From contig NZ_NCGO01000007.1 in assembly GCF_002256985.1 (NCBI RefSeq), positions 80,475 to 144,474 on the forward strand: 64,000 bases of DNA, in the 5' to 3' direction. How positions within the stretch are numbered: position 1 is the stretch's first letter; every line of letters starts with the position of its first letter. Both the position numbers and the translations under genes were made by a program. Under the pieces are notes generated by a model. The model had not been told where the DNA came from, did no database searches, and was given only the letters and a program-made list of their open reading frames with translations. Source of the DNA: Novosphingobium sp. 28-62-57. Lineage in GTDB: Bacteria; Pseudomonadota; Alphaproteobacteria; Sphingomonadales; Sphingomonadaceae. This document shows, one piece after another, positions 1 to 6,908 of the stretch.

Positions 1-93
1 GGCCAGCCACCCATCCCACCCGCGCAAGGCGGCAAGGGCGATCATGGCAAGGCCGGTAAGGCCTGATAATGCTGTGACAAGTTCGGAAGTCAT
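1..93 (-). CDS. Partial (runs off window) small membrane protein, probably a further psp-operon member
   Basis: Hand translation from ATG at 93: MTSELVTALSGLTGLAMIALAALRGWDGWLA..., preceded by AGGGAG RBS. Hydrophobic N-terminus, same strand, directly after the paralogue array. Not in the ORF track. Confidence 0.6.
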   Translation of the reverse strand, partial: MTSELVTALSGLTGLAMIALAALRGWDGWLA

Positions 94-132
94 ATCGGCA
101 ACTCCCTGTTGCTCATGGCTTTGCGATTGGTC

Positions 133-381
133 TTATTTCTCGCGCAGTTGCTCGATCTCGCGCGAGAGGCGGCGGGTTTCGCCATCATCGGTGGCAATAC
201 GTTCCAGCACTTCAAGCCGCTGACGCAATTCTGCCAGTTCGCGTTCGAGGCTGGCGGTATAGGCAGCATCGGCATTCGTGCCATCGTACCCGCCGCTACC
301 GCGGTACTTGTCGCGGTTCATGCGGATGTTGGCAAAAGCGATGATCGCAGCGATGGCGACCATGGCACTCCAGAAAGACAT
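133..381 (-). CDS. Psp-associated single-TM coiled-coil protein (paralogue A)
   Basis: MSFWSAMVAI start at 381 after GGGGAAG RBS. N-terminal TM, then RQRLEVLERIATD...RLSREIEQLR tail shared with PspC and the neighbouring paralogues. Confidence 0.85.
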   Translation of the reverse strand: MSFWSAMVAIAAIIAFANIRMNRDKYRGSGGYDGTNADAAYTASLERELAELRQRLEVLERIATDDGETRRLSREIEQLREK

Positions 382-410
382 GGCGGAAACTTCCCCGGTG
401 TGTTGGCAGT

Positions 411-683
411 TCAATTGATCTTGGCGGTGCGCAACTGTTCAATCCGCAAGGCCAGATCGCTGTTGTTTTCGGTGGCGATGCGTTCCAGCACGCGCACCCG
501 CTGCTCCAGCCGCTCGGCCTGCGCGGCATATTGCGCGGCCTTTTCAGCGGTTTGCTTGGACAATAGTTCCAGCTCTCGTTCCCGGAAGGCAAGGCGGCGT
601 TTGTACATGTCAGACAGAACGCCCATCACCACCGGCACCACCACCAGCATGAAGGCAAGGCCATAGATGAGGTCGTCACTCAC
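411..683 (-). CDS. Psp-associated single-TM coiled-coil protein (paralogue B)
   Basis: N-terminal TM, AEKAAQYAA, RVRVLERIATE...LALRIEQLR; 4-bp overlap with the upstream gene. Confidence 0.85.
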   Translation of the reverse strand: MSDDLIYGLAFMLVVVPVVMGVLSDMYKRRLAFRERELELLSKQTAEKAAQYAAQAERLEQRVRVLERIATENNSDLALRIEQLRTAKIN

Positions 684-985
684 AGCGCGCTCCTACCGTC
701 TTGTCGGCGCAATGCCTCGATCTGGCCTGCCACGTCAAAGCCCCGGTCTGTGACAATGGCCTCGACATTGGCGAGCCGTTGGTGCGTTGCTTCAAGCTGC
801 TGACGCAGAACGGCATTTTCCTCGCGCAAGGCCACCATGGCCTGATCGTCGGCGCGCGGCGTCTTGCCGCCCCATTCATCTTCCAGCGCATAGCCATGAC
901 GCGCGCGGATCCAGTTGTTGATGATCCAGCCAACGGTTGAAATAGCGATGATGGCAAGTACGAAGTCCGGTCCGGCAAAGCTCAC
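680..985 (-). CDS. Psp-associated single-TM coiled-coil protein (paralogue C)
   Basis: TM, WIRARHGY, RLANVEAIVTD...QIEALRR; 4-bp overlaps on both sides. Confidence 0.85.
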   Translation of the reverse strand: MSFAGPDFVLAIIAISTVGWIINNWIRARHGYALEDEWGGKTPRADDQAMVALREENAVLRQQLEATHQRLANVEAIVTDRGFDVAGQIEALRRQDGRSAL

Positions 986-1326
986 TGCGGCCTCCTGTCA
1001 CCATTCTCCATGCGAAGCGCCTCGATCTGCTGGGTCAGACCAAAGCCGCCATCGGTGACGATCCGTTCGACATTGGCGAGGCGATCCTTGACCGATCCCA
1101 ATTCGGCGCGAAGCTGGGCGTTTTCCTGGCTCAACAGCCTGATCCGCTCAATCTCCGCGCTGGAGGTCTTGGGATAGACCGCCTGCCCCCAAGCACCGTC
1201 GAGCGGATATCCGTGGCGGACGCGCAGCCAGGTGGTGATGACCCAGCCTGCTACGCTCGCTATCGTCACAGTTGCGATGAGCGGCGCGAAGCTGGCGATT
1301 TGTCCAAGATTCTCGATGGCCATCAC
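982..1326 (-). CDS. Psp-associated single-TM coiled-coil protein (paralogue D)
   Basis: TM, WLRVRHGY, RLANVERIVTD...QIEALR; 4-bp overlaps on both sides. Confidence 0.85.
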   Translation of the reverse strand: MMAIENLGQIASFAPLIATVTIASVAGWVITTWLRVRHGYPLDGAWGQAVYPKTSSAEIERIRLLSQENAQLRAELGSVKDRLANVERIVTDGGFGLTQQIEALRMENGDRRPQ

Positions 1327-1604
1327 ATCCTCCGATCTTCAAGCGCGACACTATCGCGGCGCAGCGCTTCGATCTGCGAGGCAGTGTCGAAGCCCTTGTC
1401 GGTGACGATGCGTTCGAGCACGCGGACGCGCTCTTCGAGTTCGCGGGTGTGGGCGGCGTATTGGGCGGCCTTTTCGGCGCTCAACTCGGCGGTGGCCTTG
1501 ATTTGCATCTCGGCGATCTTCTGGCGGTGCTTGGTCCAGATCGCGACGATCGGAATGCACAGCGCGATGATCGGGATCAGCGGCCCTATAACGTCGGGTC
1601 CCAT
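1323..1604 (-). CDS. Psp-associated single-TM coiled-coil protein (paralogue E)
   Basis: TM, AEKAAQYAA, RVRVLERIVTD...QIEALRR; GGGGGA RBS upstream. Confidence 0.85.
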   Translation of the reverse strand: MGPDVIGPLIPIIALCIPIVAIWTKHRQKIAEMQIKATAELSAEKAAQYAAHTRELEERVRVLERIVTDKGFDTASQIEALRRDSVALEDRRM

Positions 1605-1630
1605 GATATTCAGTCCCCCTCAGGACAAGT

Positions 1631-1660
1631 TAGGTGCGTCTAGGTGCAGTTAGGTGCAGT
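1631..1660. repeat. 3 x 10-bp tandem repeat
   Basis: TAGGTGCGTC TAGGTGCAGT TAGGTGCAGT directly abutting the pspC stop codon. Confidence 0.85.
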
Positions 1661-2035
1661 TCAGCGCAGCTTCTCGATTTCGGCCGAAAGGCGCGGGTTC
1701 GAGTTGACGTAGAAGCTTTCCACATCGGCCAGACGGCGATCGATATCGCGGAAGCTGGCGCGCACTTCGCGCGCGGTGCGGGCCGGTGATTGGCGCACGC
1801 CCTGCCAGAACTTCTGTTCTTCGCGATCACTGTAGAGATGCGGCGGCTTCTTGGCGGCCAAGAAGCCGAGCACGAAGTAGAGCATGAACGGCCAGCCCAT
1901 CGAGAAGGCCAGGATCAGAAAGCCAAGGCGGATCCACAGGGCATCGACACCGGTGTAATCGGCAATCCCGGCGCAGACGCCCATGAACTTGCCATTGACC
2001 TTGTCACGGTAAAAGCGGGTGCGTGGGCTGCTCAC
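1661..2035 (-). CDS. pspC: Phage shock protein C (envelope stress response membrane protein)
   Basis: FYRDKVNGKFMGVCAGIADY PspC motif, one TM, C-terminal amphipathic helix; follows pspB. Confidence 0.93.
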   Translation of the reverse strand: MSSPRTRFYRDKVNGKFMGVCAGIADYTGVDALWIRLGFLILAFSMGWPFMLYFVLGFLAAKKPPHLYSDREEQKFWQGVRQSPARTAREVRASFRDIDRRLADVESFYVNSNPRLSAEIEKLR

Positions 2036-2340
2036 TTTGCGGTCCTTCCCTGTTCGGCGAACATCCGGTCCAGTTCGCGCAGTTTCTGATTGTCGATCTC
2101 ACGGTCATGCATGATGCGCGCCGGTTTGAAGTCTGGATTGTCGGACGCGACGAGCCGCTCGACCGTATCCATGCGCTCATCCAGCCGCTTGGCGAGCTGG
2201 TAGAGCTCCTCCAGCAGCGCTTCATCGCCGCTGGTCAGGGTGGGCGCGGTCTTCCACTTGGTGATGTAGTGCAGGATCAGCCACGGCAGGCCGACAAACA
2301 GCATGCCGACGACGCCGATGGGAACGAGTACGTCTTCCAT
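2032..2340 (-). CDS. pspB: Phage shock protein B
   Basis: TM with PWLILHY, then L..DE..LLEEL..LAKRLDERMDTVER; lies between pspA and pspC. Confidence 0.92.
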   Translation of the reverse strand: MEDVLVPIGVVGMLFVGLPWLILHYITKWKTAPTLTSGDEALLEELYQLAKRLDERMDTVERLVASDNPDFKPARIMHDREIDNQKLRELDRMFAEQGRTAK

Positions 2341-2343
2341 GGC

Positions 2344-3198
2344 TTAGCCTTCCTTGCCAAGCTGGCGCTTCATCGCTTCCAGCTCTTCGTCAATCTTGTC
2401 CTGCCCGGCCAGCGCGGCAATCTCGTCAGCAAGGCTTGGCTTGGCCGAGCCATCGGCGAGCCCCAACGCATCGGCGCGGCCTTCGGCGTAATCGACGCGG
2501 CGTTCGAGCTGGTCAAAGCGCGCCATCGCCTCGTCCACCCGCTCACTGGCGAGCAGAGTGCGCAGGCGGACGCGGTTTTCGGCGCTTTCGAGGCGAGCGG
2601 CGATGGCGGTCTGGCGGCTGCGGGCTTCGCGCAGGCGGGTCTGCAGCTTTTCAATGTCCAGCTCATAAGCGCGCATCGCATCATCAAGCACGGTGATCTC
2701 GGTGCGAAGCTGGTCGCCCATGTCGGCGGCCTTCTTCTTTTCAACCAGCGCGGCGCGGGCCAGATCCTCGCGGTCCTTTGACAGCGCCAACTGGGCCTTT
2801 TCCGCCCAATCTGCCTGCAGCCGATCCAGCTTTGCCACATGGCGGCCCATTTCCTTCTGATCGGCAATGGTGCGGGCGGCAGACGCGCGGACTTCGACCA
2901 GCGTTTCTTCCATCTCCATGATGATCATGCGGATCATCTTGGCAGGATCATCGGCCTTATCAAGCAAGTCATTGAAATTGGCGGCGATGATATCGCGAGT
3001 CCGCGAAAAAATGCCCATCAGGTTTACTCCGCTGTTGAATTTGGGGGACTTGAAGGAGCCATTGGATGCAGCCCCATCTTGCTGCCTGAATGGCTTGCTA
3101 GCAGAAGCGCGAAGGCGATCCAGTTCCGTGTCAAAGCGCGTGGCGCGGCCACCCTCTTTATCATGCGGCAGGATCGGCGAGAGGTCGCTGGTCATCAT
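2344..3198 (-). CDS. pspA: Phage shock protein A (PspA/IM30, ESCRT-III superfamily); alternative start at 3018
   Basis: MGIFSRTRDII..N.N.LLDKADDPAKMIRMII.EME and ERRVDYAEG motifs. ATG at 3198 overlaps the upstream ORF stop (ATGA); ATG at 3018 has its own GGAG RBS. Confidence 0.95.
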   Translation of the reverse strand: MMTSDLSPILPHDKEGGRATRFDTELDRLRASASKPFRQQDGAASNGSFKSPKFNSGVNLMGIFSRTRDIIAANFNDLLDKADDPAKMIRMIIMEMEETLVEVRASAARTIADQKEMGRHVAKLDRLQADWAEKAQLALSKDREDLARAALVEKKKAADMGDQLRTEITVLDDAMRAYELDIEKLQTRLREARSRQTAIAARLESAENRVRLRTLLASERVDEAMARFDQLERRVDYAEGRADALGLADGSAKPSLADEIAALAGQDKIDEELEAMKRQLGKEG

Positions 3199-3353
3199 GC
3201 AAGCTCACCGGTGATGGCCGCGGTCGAAGCGACAACGGTTGGCACCGAATTCACCTGCTGGCTCAGCGCGAAGCAGCACAGCACCACCATTGCACCAATG
3301 CTGGCAAGGCTGGCGCGTCCGAGCTGGGTGGAAAAGAAGCGGGCGGTGTACAT
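3195..3353 (-). CDS. 52-aa hydrophobic leader protein, first gene of the psp operon
   Basis: MYTARFFSTQLGRASLASIGAMVVLCCFALSQQVNSVPTVVASTAAITGELA*; GAAAGGT RBS 7 nt upstream; TGA overlaps the pspA ATG; below the ORF-track length cutoff. Confidence 0.7.
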   Translation of the reverse strand: MYTARFFSTQLGRASLASIGAMVVLCCFALSQQVNSVPTVVASTAAITGELA

Positions 3354-3407
3354 TCTCGATACCTTTCGGCGGGTTGGGTCGGCGTGCTGCCGGGTTGTTC
3401 ATGACAC

Positions 3408-3423
3408 AGCAAGCAGTGTGCCA
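3408..3423 (-). promoter_or_regulatory. sigma54 (-24/-12) promoter of the psp operon
   Basis: Minus strand reads TGGCAC-ACTGC-TTGCT, an exact match to TGGCAC-N5-TTGC; divergent from the sigma54 activator pspF. Confidence 0.9.
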
Positions 3424-3477
3424 AACTGCGCAAGGCCGGGAATTCCGGCACTTTCATCGAGCACAGCACTTTTCATG

Positions 3478-3514
3478 TTGGGAAATCTTGCGAAGGCTTG
3501 GGAAAATGCGCTAA
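3478..3514. promoter_or_regulatory. Two candidate PspF upstream activator sites
   Basis: TTGGGAAATCTTGCGAA (3478-3494) and TTGGGAAAATGCGCTAA (3498-3514), 20-bp period, between the sigma54 promoter and the pspF start. Confidence 0.55.
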
Positions 3515-3523
3515 TCTTCAGGG

Positions 3524-4555
3524 ATGGATCGTGAAACGCAATTCTTAGGCCAATCGGGCGCGTTCCTTGACGCAGTGGAACGGGCCAGCCGCGCCGCGCC
3601 GATGCGCCGTCCGGTGCTGGTGATCGGGGAGCGCGGGACCGGCAAGGAACTGATCGCCGAACGCCTGCACCGCCTGTCGTCACGCTGGACCGAACCGCTG
3701 GTGACGATGAACTGTGCGGCCCTGCCCGAAACGCTGATCGAGGCCGAATTGTTCGGGCATGAGGCCGGTGCCTTCACCGGTGCCACTCGCGCGCGGACCG
3801 GGCGGTTTGAAGAGGCGGACAAGGGCACGCTGTTCCTTGATGAACTGGGCACGCTGTCCATGGGCGCGCAGGAACGGCTGCTGCGCGCGGTGGAATATGG
3901 CGAAGTAACCCGCATCGGATCGAACAAGCCGGTGCGGGTGGACGTGCGCATCGTGGCGGCCACCAACGAGGACTTGCCGAAGATGGCCGAACAGGGGCGC
4001 TTTCGCGCCGACTTGCTCGACCGGCTGAGCTTTGAAGTGATCACCCTGCCCCCGCTGCGTGTACGCGAAGGGGATGTGGCGGTGCTGGCCGAATACTTCG
4101 GGCGGCGTATGGCGGCGGAACTGCAATGGGACGCCTGGCCCGGCTTTGCGCCATCAGTGCAAAAGGCGATGGAGGACTATCTGTGGCCCGGCAACGTGCG
4201 CGAATTGCGCAATGTGGTGGAACGCGCGGTCTATCGCTGGGATGATGGCACGCAGCCGGTGGGCCATGTGCAGTTCGATCCTTTCGAAAGCCCATGGAAG
4301 CCGGTGGGCATGCCACGGGCCGAAGCAGCGGGCGATGGCGAAGCGGCGGCGCCGGTGCGTGTGGCCGCGCCGACAGCGGATTTGGACGGAGTGAGCGACC
4401 TGCGCGCCGCGGTGGATGCGCATGAGCGCGCGATCATCGAGCATCATCTGGGCCGCAACCGTTACAACCAGCGGCAAACGGCCAAGGCGCTTGGGTTGAC
4501 CTATGACCAGTTGCGCCATTGCATGAAGAAGCATGGGTTGGGGGAGCGGGGGTAA
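3524..4555 (+). CDS. pspF: Phage shock operon transcriptional activator (sigma54 bEBP with no receiver domain)
   Basis: GERGTGKE Walker A, GAFTGA, LFLDE, WPGNVREL, C-terminal HTH LGLTYDQLRH; divergent from pspA. Confidence 0.93.
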   Translation: MDRETQFLGQSGAFLDAVERASRAAPMRRPVLVIGERGTGKELIAERLHRLSSRWTEPLVTMNCAALPETLIEAELFGHEAGAFTGATRARTGRFEEADKGTLFLDELGTLSMGAQERLLRAVEYGEVTRIGSNKPVRVDVRIVAATNEDLPKMAEQGRFRADLLDRLSFEVITLPPLRVREGDVAVLAEYFGRRMAAELQWDAWPGFAPSVQKAMEDYLWPGNVRELRNVVERAVYRWDDGTQPVGHVQFDPFESPWKPVGMPRAEAAGDGEAAAPVRVAAPTADLDGVSDLRAAVDAHERAIIEHHLGRNRYNQRQTAKALGLTYDQLRHCMKKHGLGERG

Positions 4556-4566
4556 GAGAAGGATTT

Positions 4567-4672
4567 TTTCGCGCGGAGGCGCGGAGGCGCGGAGGAAGGA
4601 AAAAGCTAATCGCGGCTGCGCCAAGTTCACTTCCCGTTTTTCTCGTCCGCGCCTCCGCGTCTCCGCGCGAAA
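4567..4672. repeat. Inverted repeat with arms built from GCGGAG(G/A)C heptamers
   Basis: TTTCGCGCGGAGGCGCGGAGGCGCGGA (4567-4593) and its reverse complement with 1 mismatch (4646-4672). Confidence 0.85.
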
Positions 4673-4720
4673 CACTCTTTTTTGCACAGAGCTACGAAAC
4701 CCACTAACGCCGCAACACCG

Positions 4721-5812
4721 ATGTCCCTAACCCGCCTCACCCTGCGCGATTTTCGCAATCATGCTGCTACGCGGCTTGAGGACATGCGGGCGTTCAACGT
4801 GTTGGTGGGGGAGAACGGCGCGGGGAAGACCAATGTGCTGGAAGCGATCAGCCTGCTGGCACCGGGGCGCGGGCTGCGGCGCGCGCAGCCTGCGGAGATG
4901 GCGTGGCGGGCCAAAGATACCGGGATTTGTGACGGCGGGTTTGCCGTGGTGGCCGACATGGAGGACGGCGCGGTGCAGATTGGCACGGCGACCGAGGCGC
5001 AGGCCCCCAATCGCCGCACGGTGCGGATCAACGGGGCCGAAGGTCCGGCGGCGCGGCTGGCTGAGTGGCTTTCGATCACCTGGCTGACGCCTGCGATGGA
5101 CCGCATCTTTGCCGAAAGCGCGGGATCGCGGCGGCGGTTCCTAGACCGGCTGGTGCTGGCGCGCGAACCGATCCATGCGCGCAACGCCACCCGTTATGAA
5201 ACCGCGCTGCGCGAACGAAATCGGCTGCTGGGCGATCCGGCTGAGCCTGATCCGCTGTGGCTTGACGGGATCGAGGCGCAGATGGCCGAGGCGGGCGCGG
5301 CGATGGCAGCGGCGCGCGCAGGCTTGGTAGCTGATCTGGGGCGCGTGCTGGAAACCGTGCCCGAACAGCCCTTTGCCCGGCCCGCCTTGACTTATGCCAG
5401 CGATGTGCCGCCAGAGGCCGAGGCGCTGCGGGAAATGCTGCGCGAGGGGCGGCGGCGGGACCGTGCTGCGGGACGTTCCCTCATCGGGCCGCATCGCGAT
5501 GATCTGGCCGTTATGCTGGCAGCCAAGAATTCCCCCGCCGCCGATTGCTCCACCGGCGAGCAGAAGGCGATGCTGATTGCCATCGTGCTGGCCCACGCTG
5601 GCCTGACTGCAGGGGACCGCCCCCGCCTGCTACTGCTGGATGAAATCGCCGCGCATCTCGATCCGATACGGCGCACAGCGCTGTTTGAACGGCTGGCCAT
5701 GAGCGGCGCGCAAGTGTGGATGACCGGGACCGAGATGGCCCCGTTCGCCGATATTGCCGGGCACAGCGCGGTGTGGAGTGTGTGTGATGGGGTGGTTAGG
5801 CGGGTGGCCTGA
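4721..5812 (+). CDS. recF: DNA replication/repair protein RecF
   Basis: LTLRDFRNH, GENGAGKTN Walker A, STGEQKA signature, LLLDEIAAHLD. Confidence 0.95.
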   Translation: MSLTRLTLRDFRNHAATRLEDMRAFNVLVGENGAGKTNVLEAISLLAPGRGLRRAQPAEMAWRAKDTGICDGGFAVVADMEDGAVQIGTATEAQAPNRRTVRINGAEGPAARLAEWLSITWLTPAMDRIFAESAGSRRRFLDRLVLAREPIHARNATRYETALRERNRLLGDPAEPDPLWLDGIEAQMAEAGAAMAAARAGLVADLGRVLETVPEQPFARPALTYASDVPPEAEALREMLREGRRRDRAAGRSLIGPHRDDLAVMLAAKNSPAADCSTGEQKAMLIAIVLAHAGLTAGDRPRLLLLDEIAAHLDPIRRTALFERLAMSGAQVWMTGTEMAPFADIAGHSAVWSVCDGVVRRVA

Positions 5813-5830
5813 ACTGGTACCAACCCCAAT

Positions 5831-5895
5831 CCGTTCGTGTCGAGCGAAGTCGAGACACAGTGCGCAGGTGTCTCGACTTCGCTCGACACGAACGG
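5831..5895. repeat. REP-like inverted doublet
   Basis: CCGTTCGTGTCGAGCGAAGTCGAGACAC (5831-5858) and its exact reverse complement (5868-5895), between convergent genes. Confidence 0.9.
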
Positions 5896-5919
5896 GATGT
5901 TGATTGATTATTTAAAGTA

Positions 5920-6336
5920 TCAGGAGAACACGTCCACCGGCGATGGGTTCTTTGGGTCTGGACCGAAGCGGTTGGGGCCGCGGGTGCCTTCGAGGCACAT
6001 CAGCACGAAGATGGCGAACCAGCCGAAGAACGGGATGATCCACAGCAGCAGGAGCCAGCCGGTGCGGTCCTGATCGTGCAGGCGGCGCACCGATACGGCA
6101 AGGCCGGGGATGAGGCTGGCCAGCCAGAACAAGCTGCCAATCCAGCCGCCTGCCCCGACCATGCGCGAGCCATAGACGAATGCGCCGCCCCCGCGCTGCA
6201 CCTCATTGGTGCCTAACACGATGTTCAGCCCCACCATCACAAGGATGTAGAACAGCGCGAAGGACCAGTATTCCTTGCGCCGCGAACGACCCGAAAACTG
6301 GGCGTAGCGGCGGTAAGGCAGGATCATCCAGTTCAT
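5920..6336 (-). CDS. DUF805 (YhaH-like) inner membrane protein
   Basis: Y..FSGRSRRKEYW, SV.VRRLHD.DR.GW, GT.GPNRFGPDP motifs. Confidence 0.9.
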   Translation of the reverse strand: MNWMILPYRRYAQFSGRSRRKEYWSFALFYILVMVGLNIVLGTNEVQRGGGAFVYGSRMVGAGGWIGSLFWLASLIPGLAVSVRRLHDQDRTGWLLLLWIIPFFGWFAIFVLMCLEGTRGPNRFGPDPKNPSPVDVFS

Positions 6337-6361
6337 TGCGCTGTTCTTCTCTCAGCAAGCC

Positions 6362-6832
6362 TTAGCCAAATACATCGTAACCAGCCGGGTTCTTTGGATC
6401 ATCGCCAAAGCGGTTGGTGCCGGTGGTGCCGGGCAGTGCCATCAGCACGATAAAGCCGATGCTGATCAACCCGCCGATGACCGGGATAGCCCCGCCCACG
6501 ATGAACCCAAGATACCACCAGCCCGACATATCGCGATCATGCAGGCGGCGCACGCCGACCGAGATCGAGGGGATGAAGCTGGCCAGCGCGAACACTGCGA
6601 AGAGCACAGCGCCCAGCCAGAACAGCGGGCCGAATTCGGGCGTCACAGGAGCCGCACCATCAGGTGATGGCAGGCCTGCGGTGAACGCATTCATCAGGCC
6701 ACCGGCCAGCATCATCCCGCCAAAAACCAGATAGACAAGGGTGATGAACAGCGCGAACATCCAGTATTCCTTGCGCCGCGAACGGCCCGAAAACTCGGCA
6801 TAGCGCCGGTACGGCATCAACATCCATTCCAT
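6362..6832 (-). CDS. DUF805 (YhaH-like) inner membrane protein
   Basis: Same motifs as the neighbour; start MEWMLMPYRRY at 6832 after AGGGGG RBS. Confidence 0.9.
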   Translation of the reverse strand: MEWMLMPYRRYAEFSGRSRRKEYWMFALFITLVYLVFGGMMLAGGLMNAFTAGLPSPDGAAPVTPEFGPLFWLGAVLFAVFALASFIPSISVGVRRLHDRDMSGWWYLGFIVGGAIPVIGGLISIGFIVLMALPGTTGTNRFGDDPKNPAGYDVFG

Positions 6833-6908
6833 GAAATTCCCCCTCGACAGGTATGAGACCGCCAAGTCACCACGGATTGCGCGCGGCTGCAAGTATGCGC
6901 GGTCACAT

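Noticed and set aside
5891-5918. TTATTTAAAGT resembling the XerD arm of a dif site
   Set aside because: The XerC arm position (AACGGGATGTT) does not match and is partly REP sequence; a single arm is insufficient.
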